64,000 nucleotides of DNA, from positions 2,046,001 through 2,110,000 of the forward strand of contig NC_043000.1 of the NCBI RefSeq assembly GCF_006345805.1. Reading direction: 5' to 3'. Position 1 is the first letter of the stretch. Each line of letters opens with the position of its first letter. Shown in pieces: positions 36,777 to 49,711 of this stretch. Source of the DNA: Octopus sinensis. Lineage: Eukaryota. The notes under the pieces were generated by a model. The model saw only the letters and a list, made by a program, of their open reading frames with translations. It did not search any database and had not been told where the DNA came from. Position numbers and translations under genes: made by a program.

Positions 36777-36829
<53 letters not shown>

Positions 36830-37602
36830 TGACGAACTTCTTTCAGTTTCCATCTATTAAATTCACTCACAAAGCTTTGGTCTGCCTGAGGCTATAGTAG
36901 AAGACACTTGCCCAAGATGCCATGCAGTGGGACTGATCCCGGAACCATGTGATTGGGAAGCAAGCTTCTTACCACAAAGCCACGCTTGTGCCTGAATAAA
37001 ATAATAATGAATAAAATTAATCTATCAATGTAAATGTGTTTTTAATGGTTACAACGACTCTACCATAATGAAATTGTTTTAGTGCTAACGTACAATCTCA
37101 GACTAGATCACTTTAATAAGTGCATCCCATAAAGTTTATGAAAGTAGCTGTTGGTTGGTGATATGAAGCACATCTTGTTGGAGAATTCTTGTTGATTAAC
37201 CATGCGGTACTGTACATTGGCTTTTAGAACCAACTGCATTAACAAGACCGATGCCTATCTTATTAGTACTGTATATGACCGGGCAAGAAATATATTTAAC
37301 TCTTCCACTCATATTTTCTATCTCTCCTCTTTATGCCACTCACTTCTTTGTCTCAGTTTGCTCCGTTAGATCTTACACTTCCGCAACCTTGTCTCCTAAG
37401 ATTTGCATCTTTCTAAGATATCTTCTTGAATATTCAAAAGTTTGACCTAAGCATAAACAGCATCTGATTGTCCTTACTGTATAAGCCCACCTCGTATTTA
37501 GAAAAGCCAGGGAAAGCCCATAGGCACAGTTCCTTCTCTTTAAGTTCATTAAAAAGAAATGTCCTCAGAATGAAGGACTAAATGTGATGGTTGGAGTGGC
37601 AT

Positions 37603-37828
37603 TTAACCCTTTAGCATTCAAGCTGGCCACATCCAGCCCAAATATTCTATGTTTTATGTTCAAACCAGCCAGATCTGGCCTCTTGCAACTATTCTACAAT
37701 GTCATTCAAAAAATAAAACAATCACATCATTGAAATCTCAGAGCTATGAGATAATGCATGATTAATATAAAACAATGTCAATAAATAAGCATCATATTTG
37801 GCAGAGTAATTTGAATGCTAACGAGTTA
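37603..37828. mobile_element. piggyBac-like MITE (TTAA-CCCTTTAGCATTCA ... TGAATGCTAA)
   Basis: TIR remnants; homologous to 15692-16030. Confidence 0.6.
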
Positions 37829-38342
37829 GAGAAATGCCATCATGAAAAAGAGAAAGATGATATAGTGTTGCTGTTTAGCTGCAGTTTAGCTTTAATTATG
37901 AAATGTATTCCAACCATGACCATTGTGTCTTTTTGTACATAGTGTGTCTAGGGTCACATTATCTGCAATGTTGTTCTTTTCTTAAGAGGTTAGGGTGTGA
38001 TTCAAGAAAAATTTACCTTCTATTTCTAGCAGATCAGACAGCCATATAATGTTCCTTTGAAACAAAGTACTGAATGCAGGATTTGGTGCATCATTTAACA
38101 AAAGATGTGAAGCTGACTGTAGTGAGGAGCAGAAAGATATCTATAAGAGGTTGATACAAAATGAGGGTAGGAGACAGACTGGCTCAAGTCATTAACTGAA
38201 ATTGTGAGCTTCAATTTTGACATTCAGCCTATAAATTGATTAGTAACCTGTTGGTGATGGCAGCCAAATCACTGAAAATTGCAAACTAACATCTTAAAAT
38301 AAAGGAACTTGAATATCATGTCTTTTTTGTATATAGTGTCTA

Positions 38343-38726
38343 AAGGAGCACTCCGTCGGTTGCGACGATGAGGGTCCCAGCTGATACGATCAACGGAACA
38401 GTTTGCTCGTGATATTAACGTGCAAGTGGCTGAGCACTCCACAGACACGTGTACCCTTAACGTAGTTCTCGGGGATATTCAGCGTGACACAGATTGTGAC
38501 TAGGCTGGCCCTTTGAAATACAGGTACAAGAGAAACAGGAAGAAAGAGCGAGAGAAAGTTGTGGTGAAAGAGTACAACAGGGTTCACCACCATCCCCTGC
38601 CGGAGCCTCGTGGAGCTTTAGGTGTTTTCGCTCAATAAATACTCACAATGCCCGGTCTGGGAATCGAAACCGCGATCCTCTGACTGCGAGTCCACTGCCC
38701 TAACCACTGGGCCATTGCGCTTCCAC
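38343..38726 (-). mobile_element. SINE family D (tRNA head GTGGAAGCGCAATGGCCCAGTGGTTAGGGC...GGTTTCGATTCCC) with a 12-bp TSD
   Basis: A and B boxes; ATATAGTGTCTA at 38331-38342 and 38727-38738. Confidence 0.88.
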
Positions 38727-38859
38727 ATATAGTGTCTAGGGTCACATTATCTGCCATGTTGTTCCTTTCTTAAGAGATTAGGGAGTGAAAGTCTATATAG
38801 GCTATAGATAGTGTCCTTCTGCCTTGTATGCATGTATGTTAGACTGAAAGAGTATAATT

Positions 38860-39290
38860 GCAGATATGAGTGGCTGAAATGGGGTTTATCCAAAGGGTCT
38901 CTGGAGTAGTGTTACTCAGCATGGTGCTTGACTTGGAAATCAGGGAGTCTCTCAATGTTGATCTGCTACTCTTCTGCATTGAGAGTTCATAACTCTGGTA
39001 TTACAGACATGTGATTAGAATGTCACAGGAAAGAACTGCAAGACAGGTTCTTCAAGTCAAGTCAACTGGTAGGAGACCTTGGGGGTAGACCAAGAGTGAG
39101 AGAGATAGTATCCATAGTCTCAGTTCGTCACATTTGGGAACCCAACCGGAAAGTGTAATGATGGTTGCTTCTGACTGGACCTTATGGAGGAGGTGCCTGA
39201 GGATTCTACCCACTCTCAGAAATACTGGGTAGAAGGGATGAATGGATGGATGGATGGATGGATAGATTGATGGATGGATGGTAGAGAGGA
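38860..39290 (+). mobile_element. Second RTE-clade LINE 3' end (Expander-like) with (ATGG)n tail
   Basis: Decayed translation CIESS*LWYYRHVIRMSQERTARQVLQVKSTGRRP/GRPR, then a GGAT repeat. Confidence 0.7.
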
Positions 39291-39344
39291 CGGATGGATG
39301 TTGTTCCTGATACATTACACCTCAATACAAGACAATGGTTTGCT

Positions 39345-39575
39345 CATTATTCCTGGTATTTTTGATTTGGAGAAGGTGTTTGACTGGGTACCACATTTAG
39401 TAATTTGGTGGTCACTAAGGAAACTAGGTGTACATGAAAGGAGTGTGAGGGTTGTACAAGCCATGTACTAACATGCCGTAAGTAAAATGAGAGTCAACAA
39501 CAATTTCAGTGAAGACTTAAGTATGAAGGTAAGAGTTTATCAAGGGTCTGTCTTCAGATTTCTTTTATTTATCAG
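39345..39575 (+). pseudogene. RTE reverse-transcriptase fragment
   Basis: FDLEKVFDWVPHLVIWWSLRKLGVHERSVRVVQAMY*...VYQGSV. Confidence 0.85.
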
Positions 39576-40304
39576 AACTCCAGAAAAAAACCTCATTGGT
39601 CCGAGAAGGTCTATATAGGCTATAGATAGTGTCCCTCTGCCTTAGATTATTAGATGAAATACTGGAAAACACGTGAACCCTATGCATGTATACATCCATA
39701 TATACATACCTACATGCAGCACACCTCATGTGCACAAATAAAAATTAGCTTCACTAATCTGGTATTCATCTTCCACCACTCTAATCTGAGAGCTATGGGC
39801 AGTATCCTTCCTACTTAAATGCAATGTGTATGTCCTCACCTACCCTCCACCAAAAAAAAAAAACCCACAATGAAATAAAACAAGCAAAAACCAGATCTGA
39901 AGAAAGTAATACATATGAGGCTTCAGTTGAAGGGGGAGGAGGAGAGCTAATAGTTGTTGTTGATAAACCTCCAGCATAGATAGTCTGCTTTTAGAAATCT
40001 CTTGTATTTTACACATTGTACAGATTGCCAGTTGATGTATTTGAGCTTCTTACTGCAGATGGCATAGATATGAATCTATTTATTTGAATAATCTGAACTG
40101 ACAAGTACAGTGAGGTGTGCATCTCTGCTACAACTGATGTTATTGGTGCACATCTAGAGACATATATGATGTATAATACACATCTTACGCATCTTCATTG
40201 TGCTGAAGCAAGACACATGCATGTCGCCATGTGTGTGTGTGTGCGTATGCATTTGTATATGTGTATATATTTACTTATCTATATATGTGTATATATGTAT
40301 ATTC

Positions 40305-40353
<49 letters not shown>

Positions 40354-40371
40354 GACATACATATATACATA

Positions 40372-40530
40372 CAGGTGCAGGAGTTACTGTGTGGTAAGAA
40401 GCTTGCTTCCAAACCACATGGTTCTGTGTTCAGTCCCACTGCATGGCACCTGGGGCAAGTGTTTTCTGCTATAGCATTGGACCAACCAAAGCTTTGTGAG
40501 TGGATTTGGTAGACGGAAACTGAAAGAAGC

Positions 40531-40582
<52 letters not shown>

Positions 40583-40775
40583 AATGTATTTGTGAGTTTG
40601 TGTTTGTCACCCACCATTGCTTGATGACTGATTTTGGTGTGTTTATGTCCCTGTAACTTAGCAGTTTCAGAAAAAGAGACCGATAGAATAAGTACTAGGC
40701 TTACAAAGAATAAGTCCTGGGGTAGATTGCTTGACTAAAGGCAGTGCTCTAGCAAATGGCTGAAACAAGTAAAGA
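40372..40775 (+). mobile_element. SINE B
   Basis: Family match. Confidence 0.85.
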
Positions 40776-40998
40776 ATACATACATATATATATATATATA
40801 TGTACGTATGTTTATGTATATTCATATACATGTGTGCATGACTGTGTATATATATATGCATGTATGTATATATTTGTGTATGCATGTATGTATTTATAGT
40901 CAATCTAAACAAGAACAAGCAAGAAAAAACAACAATGTGAGGACGTGGGACAAGTACTGTGTTATTGGATGCTCAGGAAAGGAAAGAAAAGAAAGAGG

Positions 40999-41033
40999 AT
41001 TTCATGTTTCAAGCGGAGCTCTTCATCAGAAAT
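40999..41033 (-). ncRNA. Decayed minimal hammerhead ribozyme motif (Penelope-like element type)
   Basis: ATTT-CTGATGA-A-GAGC-TCC-GCTT-GAA-ACAT-G-AAAT on the minus strand. Confidence 0.55.
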
Positions 41034-41087
41034 ATGGAAAAAGTCCAAAGAAGGGAAGACGAAGAAAGTAAATCGCCAATGATACAC

Positions 41088-41740
41088 ATCATCATCATCA
41101 TCATCATCATCATTGTTTAACGTCCGCTTTCCATGCTAGCATGGGTTGGACGGTTCAACTGGGGTCTGGGGAGCCAGAAGGCTGCACCAGGCTCCAGTCT
41201 GATCTGGCAGTGTTTCTACAGCTGGATGCCCTTCCTAACGCCAACCACTCCGAGAGTGTAGTGGGTGATTTTATGTGCCACCGACACAGGTGCCAGACGA
41301 GGCAGGCGAACGGCCACGCTCGGATGGTGTTTTTCATGTGCCACCGACACAAGTGCCAGACGAGGCTGGCAGATGGCCACGTTCGGATGGTGTTTTTTTT
41401 TATGTGCCACCGACACAGGTGCCAGATGAGGCTGGCAGACGGCCACGCTCGGATGATGTTTTTTTTTGTGCCACCGACACAGGTGCCAGACGAGGCTGGC
41501 AGACGGCCACGCTCGGATGGTGTTTTTTTTTTATGTGCCACCGACACAGGTGCCAGACGAGGCTGGCAGACGGCCATGCTCGGATGGTGTTTTTTTATGT
41601 GCCACCGACACAGGTGCCAGACGAGGCTGGCAGACGGCCATGCTCGGATGGTGTTTTTTATGTGCCACCGACACAGGTGCCAGATGAGGCTGGCGAACGG
41701 CCACGCTTGCATGGTGTTTTTTTATGTGCCACCGACATGC
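41088..41740 (-). mobile_element. Family C with VNTR expanded to 7 full units plus a partial unit
   Basis: Units start at about 41271, 41333, 41400, 41465, 41531, 41595, 41658 and 41722. Confidence 0.9.
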
Positions 41741-41929
41741 GGTCACATATTGAAAGGATATATACATATGCATTTGTGTGTGTGTGAAATTCAAGCATGT
41801 CCTGCCATGTGATTAAGGATAGGATTCACATGTATACTGTTAGGATCAGAGGTAGAGAGTATTCAGGTTTGTGAGACAGTGCATTACATAGAACCATGAT
41901 ATTACTGGCCATAAATCTGGAAGATAAAG

Positions 41930-42800
41930 AAAGTGGCATAGAAATGCTATTATGAGAGGCTGTTGAATGTGGATAATGCATAGGATAAAGAGAGGCTCCC
42001 TTATGTTGACCTTACTTAGGGACTAGCAATTCAAGTTGACAGCAGCAGGGTAAATGAAGCAATTAAGGACATGAAGGGATGGCAAAGCTGCCACTCCATC
42101 AGGAATATTGGTGGAGATGCCCAAAATATCTGGTGCGGTAAAATACATGAGTACCACCAGGATTGTTAATGAAGTAATACAAAGTATCACACCCAATTAT
42201 TGGCATAGTAGTATCATCGCAAACCACTACAATTGCAAAGGAGATGCTTTAGAGAGGTGAAATTATAGAGGAATCAAACTGCTGAATCAGAGTATGAAGG
42301 TCACAGAGAAAATTATTGCACTAGTGGTCCCTGACAGAACATATTGTGATGAGATGCAGTTTCACTTTGTGTTCAGAAGAGCTACTAAGGATGCAATCTT
42401 CCTAGTGAGGTAACTGCAGGAGAAATACTTAGTTGAGAGTAAACCATTATTTTTGACATTTTTGACTTGGAGAAAGTGTTTGACTGGGTACCATATTCAG
42501 TAATTTGGTGGTCACCAAGGAAACTAATTGTGGATGAATGGCTTGTGAGGATTGTTTGTATAAGCCATGTACAAAGATGCAGTAAGTAAAGTGAGAGACA
42601 ACAACAATTTCAGTGAAGACTTTAGTCTGAAGGTAGGGGGGTCTATCAAGGTTCTGTCTTTTATTCATCAGAGTCCTAGAAGAAATCACAGAGGTGTTTA
42701 AGACTGGTTGTCCATGGGAACTCTTATATGTTGATGATCTAATTCTCATAGCTGAATCTGTAATGAAATTAAGAAATTCCAGGCGTGGAAACTAAGCATA
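41930..42800 (+). pseudogene. Decayed RTE LINE reverse-transcriptase region
   Basis: NYRGIKLL, DEMQF, LQEKYL, DLEKVFD, QGSV, CPWELLYVDDLILIAES, with stops and frameshifts. Confidence 0.88.
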
Positions 42801-42822
42801 AGATAGATGTAAACTTAGCAAC

Positions 42823-43026
42823 GTATTTCTCCTGCAGTTACCTCACTAGGGAAGATTGCATTCACAGCAGTTCTTCTGAACACAAAGCTAAACTGCATCT
42901 CATCACAATATGTTCTGTCATGGACCAATTGTGCAATAATTTTCTCTGTGACCTTCATACTCTGATTCAGCAGTTTGATTCCTCTATAATTTCATCTCTC
43001 TAAAGCATCTCCTTTGCAATTGTAGT
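42823..43026 (-). repeat. Inverted duplicate of 42226-42428
   Basis: About 11 mismatches and 1 indel over ~204 bp by manual alignment. Confidence 0.9.
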
Positions 43027-43299
43027 CTTAGTATGTAAGAAAGAAGACAGGACTCTGGTATCTTCAGGGCACAGATTAGATATTGTGCTTGAATCATTCA
43101 AAGCTCTAGTGAGATGGCTGGGAAAATCATGGTTGAATCATACAGTAGATATTACCAGAAAAGCTAAAACTAAGATTGGAAAAAAGTGGGGAGCAGAAAG
43201 AAAAAGAAAATAACCTCAGGTAACTTTGAGAGAAGCTGAAAGTTAGAGGTTTGGCAATGTTCTACAATGAACTAATCAGAAATGTGATGTGCTTTGGAT

Positions 43300-44270
43300 T
43301 ACAGAGCAGTTTGTCAGAGTAAATCAAAACAACATTTAAGAAAAGTGTGTGTGGCAGATAGTAGTGCACTTATTCTGACACCAAAACTATTGGATGAAAA
43401 ACCTAGAGAGAATTACTTGAAGTAGACCCTATGAAGGGATTACTTATTGAAGTTGACAGCTATGTTGTCAAAAGTGTGATTAAGGATTTGAAAGCAGGGG
43501 ATATAGCTGGATCATCAGGATAGTTGCTGAGATACTCTCTTTTACTCTCTTTTACCTGTTTCAGTCATTTGACTGTGGCCATGCTGGAGCACCACCTTTA
43601 ATCGAGCAACTCGACCCCAGGACTTATTCTTTGTAAGCCCAGTACTTATTCTATCGGTCTCTTTTTGCTGAACCGCTAAGTGACGGGGACATAAACACAC
43701 CAGCATCGGTTGTCAAGCAATGCTAGGGGGACAAACACAGACACACAAACACACACACATACATATATATATATATGACGGGCTTCTTTCAGTTTCTGTC
43801 TACCAAATCCACTCACAAGGCTTTGGTCAGCCCGAGGCTATAGTAGAAGACACTTGCCCAAGGTGCCACGCAGTGGGACTGAACCCGGAACCATGTGGTT
43901 GGTAAACAAGCTACTTACCACACAGCCACTCCTGTGAAAATATCTGGTGAAGTATGGCAAGGACTAGTAACTTGCATATTCAACCATGTCATACAGGAAG
44001 ATGCCATACCCAGTGATTGGTGGAACAGTATCCTCATCAATTGCTCAGAGGGCAATGGTGATGTTTTAGACAGAATCAACTACAAAGAAATCAAGTTGAT
44101 GGATCAGGTTATAAAAGTAACAGAAAGGGTTATAGCATAACAGAAGAAAAAGAAAATGAAATGAACTGCAATTTAGACTGAGGCCAAGAGTGGGTACTGG
44201 TGATACCCTCTTCATTATGAGACAAGTATATGAGCTCTTAGCCCATAATAAGCTACTATACTTATCATTG
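43300..44270 (+). pseudogene. RTE LINE fragment (pre-RT region) interrupted by a minus-strand SINE B (~43535-43934)
   Basis: ...IVAE [SINE] KISGEVWQGLVTCIFNHVIQEDAIPSDWWNSILINC...NYKEIKLMDQVIKVTERVIA. Confidence 0.8.
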
Positions 44271-45664
44271 TTAGTCTCCCCTTGTGCAGAACCTCTTTAG
44301 TGTTGATGGCATGATAAATTATACCTAATACAAGCTATAAGACATTCACAACAAAGTTAACTGATTTTCTCTGTTAGTGTAATGTGCTAAATGTTGAGGA
44401 CTATTATTTGTGGCAAGATACAATGAAATCCAACCAAATAATACCAGCTTGGAAAAATGGACGAAAACTGACGATGATGTTGTCTGTATGTATAAAGGTC
44501 TTGTTTATCGTGATTTCAGTTAATTTGGAATTTAAATTTACAGGGCTTATGTTTTGTGACCGTTTTCCAAATATGTGGAATATAATTTTGGTTATCACTG
44601 ATTACCATTAATGGCATGGTATGAAGAGATCTGTGGTGTCACTTCTTACACAGTCAATAGAGCTAGGTGCCAGATGCATGAATACTCTGACTACTGCTGA
44701 ATCTAACCCCTCTTTTCCCTCTGTATTCTTCCAGCTCCTTTCTGTTGTCCTTATCTCTCTTCTACAGGTTTCTGCAATCTCCGTTCATAACCCCTTCCTT
44801 ACAGTTAATTTTCTTGTGCAATTTCTCATTTCCTTCTGCTACCCTAACCACTGCACTGCTTTGTCATCCCTGACCCAGTGGTCAATCCTTTGTTCATACA
44901 TTCATTGTCCCCTGTTGTTATCCCTCCTAAATTGCTTTCCTGCCTGCTTGTTCAGTTCATGCTTCTACAGCCTTTGACTTCATTGCCACCTTCTATTACA
45001 GCCTCTACTTTTATAACACTCTGACCAACTTCACTTGTCTATTCCATGCCTGTTGTTCTTGTCTCTCCTATTCTCTCTCCCTCTCTCACCACCTCTCTCT
45101 GACCCTCCTTCTTCACTCTTCAAGGCCAATCCCCACAACTCTTCTTTACATTGTTTCATTGACAGTTTTATTTTAACTAGTGTTGCTGCTTTCCATCAAA
45201 GAATTCTTCAATTCTCACAATCAGTGAATTTATTGATCTTCCAGAAATTACCTGTTGCTGATACAGACTCTCATCAGTTTTCTGAGATTCTGGAATTTTC
45301 CAGGGACATGAGCAGTACTGCTCTGGCCATTTTATGAAGCACATCATTTGTCCCTTTTCCCTTACACAATGCTCAAACCATATCCATACTTCTAACAAAT
45401 GAATGATAAAAGAAATTCTGAATCTACTTGTTTGAAACAAGAGAAAGGTTTATTTTGTTAGAATAAAAACTGGAGAAAATGAATAAATCTGAAGCCGACC
45501 TCCTGGATGTTAAAACTGGCTGTGATTCAAATCTACAAGATAGAATATTTTGAAGAAAATTAATGCTTACAAGATACTAGGCTAAAGTGATTCATCATCT
45601 TTTAGTGAAGAAGCAGAAGTTACAAGAAATAAAATGCAATCTACATTGGAAAAAGTTTTTCCAC

Positions 45665-45985
45665 ATCCATGTCGGTGGCACGTAAAAAGCACCATCCGAA
45701 TCGTGGCCGAAGCCAGTGCCGCCTCGACTGGCTTCCGTGCAGGTGGCACGTAAAATGCACCAATGCGACCGTGGCCGATGCCAGCCTCGCCTGGCACCAG
45801 TGCAAGTGGCACGTAAAAAGCACCCATTACACTCGCGGAGTGGTTGGCGTTAGGAAGGGCATCCAGCTGTAGAAACATTGCCAGATAAGACCGGAGCCTG
45901 GTGCAGCCTTCTGGCTTCCCAGATCCCTGGTCGAACCGTCCAACCCATGCTAGCATGGAGAACGGACATTAGATGATGATGCTCA
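45665..45985 (+). mobile_element. Family C (RTE 3'UTR)
   Basis: Family match. Confidence 0.85.
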
Positions 45986-46009
45986 TGATTTTTAAAGCTT
46001 TGATATCTC

Positions 46010-46385
46010 TCATCTTTTATTTGTTTCAGTCATTAGCATGTGGCCATGCTGGGGCACTGCCTTGAACTTTTAGTCGAATGAATTGACTCCACTACTTATA
46101 CTGTTGGTCTCTTTTGCCAAACTGTTAAGTTATGGGAGTGTAAACACACCAACACTGGTTGTCAAGCAGTGGTGGGGACAAACACAAACAATAAAGATGC
46201 ATACATATAGATATACATGTGTACAACAAGCTTCTTTCATTTTCCATCTAACAAATCCACTCACAAGGCTTTGGTCAGCCCGAGGCTATAGTAGAAGACA
46301 CTTGCTGAAGGTGCCATGCAGTGGGACTGAACCCAAAATCATGTGGTTGGGAAGCAAGCTTCTTACCACACAGCCATGCTTGTGC
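46010..46385 (-). mobile_element. Old SINE B
   Basis: Diverged family match. Confidence 0.75.
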
Positions 46386-47057
46386 CTGTAAAATTATTCC
46401 ACATATTACATAATTCATATCATGGTTTGAATTTGAAGAGATTGAAAATGTGTCTGTTAGTAAGAATTGAAGCAATCTCTTGGAAAAAATTTGCAAATGA
46501 AGATCTGGTTGAGATGGAGTTAGAGTTTGTATTTCAAGAGCCAAAGAGGAAGCTGCACCAATAAAGAAGTTCAAAATAAAAGAGATTGATGCATTGTTTT
46601 TGCCTTTTATTTTGTTTTTGAAAATACAAAACGGAAATTAATGGATGAAGGTGCTGTTATCCATCATGCAGTGAAAGTTTGTTGAAATATGGGCTATGTA
46701 ATTAGATGCTATAAACAAATACAGGAAGAAAAGAAACTTCAAAACAAGTCTCTCTTTAAAAATTATTTTACACACAATTTAAACCTTCTTCCATTAATTT
46801 ATGCACAAGCTTGTGGATTTGAATAAACTTTACAAACTAAAAACTGAATTTACTTCCTTTACAACCTTGGCAAGATTATCCAATTTTACATGTTTAAATA
46901 GTTGCTGCTTAATGCAGCTCTGCATCTCATATCCTGCTTTCATTGGCAGCATTGACCAACTTTACATGTTTTATAGTTCCCATTTAACAGGTCAGTGAAT
47001 TGGCAGAATTGGAAGAGTTTTGGACAAAAATGCCTTGCAATATTTGTTCCTTCTAAA

Positions 47058-47400
47058 GTGGCAAGCTGGCAGAAATGTTAGCATGCCAGGCGAAATGCTT
47101 AGCAGTATTTCGGGGTCGATAAATAAAGTACTAGTTACGCACTGGGGTTGATGTAATCGACTTAATCCCTTTGTCTGTCCTTGTTTGCCCCCTCTATGTT
47201 AGCCCCTTGTGGGCAATAAAGAAATAGGTATTTCGTCTGTCTTTATGTTCTGAGTTCAAATTCTGCCAAAGGGTTGACTTTACCTTTCATCCTTTCTGGG
47301 TTGATAAATTAAGTACCAGTTGTGTACTGGAGGCAATCTAATCAACTGGCCCCCTCCCCCAAAATTTCAGGCCCTGTGCTTAGAGTAGAAAAAAAAATAT
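47058..47400 (+). mobile_element. Composite SINE A (internally deleted unit plus a restarted unit)
   Basis: Tail AAAGAAATAG is joined to GTATTTCGTCTG, as at ~12410. Confidence 0.75.
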
Positions 47401-47929
47401 TCCTTCTCTTCGCGCTCTGGATTCGATCCCAGTAAATTTAACTTTGGTCTTAATCCTTCAAGAGTTGATAACATAAATCACCAATCTATTTCAACATGCA
47501 ATGGGCTACCATGGTACTGAAGAGTCCAAATTTTCATCTGTCCATAGGTCCTTGACAACAGGTAAAGTGATCCACCGGTTGGAATAGTAGAATCGTTATC
47601 ACATCAAGCAAAATGGTTAACGATATTTTGCACATCATTACATTCTGAGTTCAAATTCCACTGAGGTTTACTTTCAGGGTCAATAAAATAAGTACCAGTT
47701 GAATACTGGGGTTGATGTACTCAAAATTTCAGGCCTTGTGCTTATAGAAAGGGTTATTATGTCTTAGTATTATTACTAAGAAACTATATAATAGTCTACT
47801 ATAATAGAAAGGGTTATTATCTGTCTTAGTTGTATTATTACGTATTATTGCCACAATAACCACACATGCACACATCTTATTTACTTATACATGCATGAAC
47901 GCATGCACACACATACAGACACACTCACT

Positions 47930-47935
47930 CACTCA

Positions 47936-48015
<80 letters not shown>
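47930..48015. repeat. (CT)n microsatellite
   Basis: Direct reading. Confidence 0.95.
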
Positions 48016-48017
<2 letters not shown>

Positions 48018-48369
48018 GCACCATATTTGATAGCAAAAGTGACGAATCGGTGATATTAGACTTCACCCTGCATTAAAGCATATAATGTAGGCCCAACTTT
48101 GCATAAAGGACTTGGGGTGATTTTTTGGGGGACATTTTGTTGGAAATAAAATTTATCCCAGAAAATACTGTTGACACATTTAAATGGATAAAGTAAGAAA
48201 AAGAACCCTGTGATATGCAAAGCCCCACTAAACAGGAACTACCCTGTTTAGTGAGGCCTTGCATATCACAGGGTTCTTTTATATATTTTTGTACCACTTA
48301 ATTGTCATGAATGAACCTCCCTGTATGTGTGTACAAATTTACAACTATTATCTCAAATTGTAGGGGGAA

Positions 48370-48782
48370 CATGTGGAAGGGGAAAACCCAGGAAGATGTA
48401 GGACGAAGTGGTGAGAAAGGGTCTACAAACATTGGGACTTTGGAAAAAAAAAACTTTGGTTGTCAAGGGTTCTTCGTTGATGCCCGACACCACTGGGAGG
48501 TGGCCCTCGAAGTCACTTGAAATGGAGATCTCCAGGTCCAAATTCTTGAACGGCATTTTACAGGCTTGTAGGTGTTGGTGCCATGTAAAAAGTACCAGTG
48601 CTGGTGCTGCGTAAAAGCACCCAGTACACTCTGTAAAGTGGTTGGTGTTAGAAAGGGCATCCAACTTTAGAAACCATGCCAGAATAGACATAGAGCCTGA
48701 ACAGCCCTTCAGCTGGTCAACTCCTGTCAAACCACCCAACCTATACCAGCATGGAAAACAGACATTAAATGATGATGATATT
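48370..48782 (+). mobile_element. RTE LINE 3' end: ORF2 C-terminus plus family C 3'UTR
   Basis: GTCGRGKPRKM*DEVVRKGLQTLGL followed by the C motif and (GAT)n. Confidence 0.75.
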
Positions 48783-49711
48783 TATAAAATATGTATATAT
48801 TTTGGAAATTGCTCAAATGCATCTGTAATAACATATAATATCTATATTTACATTCAAGCAACTTCATTAAAGAAGCTTATTTATATATTTGTTGGTGCTT
48901 TCAAATTACAATTTAATATGATCTAAATGTAAACAAACTTGCTTTCTCACTTGTAAGACCAAGGCTTCTAATTTGGGTGGTTGGATATCAGAGTTACTTT
49001 GGTGTAAAGGTAGATGCATGGTTCTAGTCTTGTTGGTGCATGTCTGCCCCTTTCTTGGTCAAGGCTTTTTTTTTAAACCCAATATATTTTGAGCTATTAT
49101 TTATAGTTGCGTTGAGCAACTTTATAAAAGAGATGTATTTTCGTAATCCTCAATATTTCTAAACAATGAACTATATATATATATATATATATATAGTAAA
49201 ATAAGGATTCAGATAGAATCAGGTACTTGAAAAGATATACACCAGGTAGGGTTGCATAAACCTGTGGTTCTGGCCCTATGGTTGTGTGTACACAGAGAAA
49301 ACCAACCCTAAAGTATTTAGGACCTAGGGGCTGGTCCAAAACACGCATTACATTGATTGTATGTTGTTGATATACTCTAGAGTATGCGACAAGTTGTAAA
49401 TCTCGGTGTATCATAATCAAATGAACAATAACAGATGATAGATAGTTGTTAGCTCATTAAGAATGAGAACATAACTTCATTACAAAAAAAACCCGTAACC
49501 ATCAGATGAAGCGTAATTTCACAAATAAAAGAATATCCCAAGAATACGGCAGGGACGTGGCTGAAGTCTATCAAGGCTAACTTTGAAATATTTCATCTGA
49601 TGGTTACTGTTCTCATTCTTCTATTAAAAAATGCGTAAGAAACAGCTGACAGTTATCCATTGTCTGTTATTGTTCATTTGGTTTTTATATATATATATAC
49701 ATACATATATA

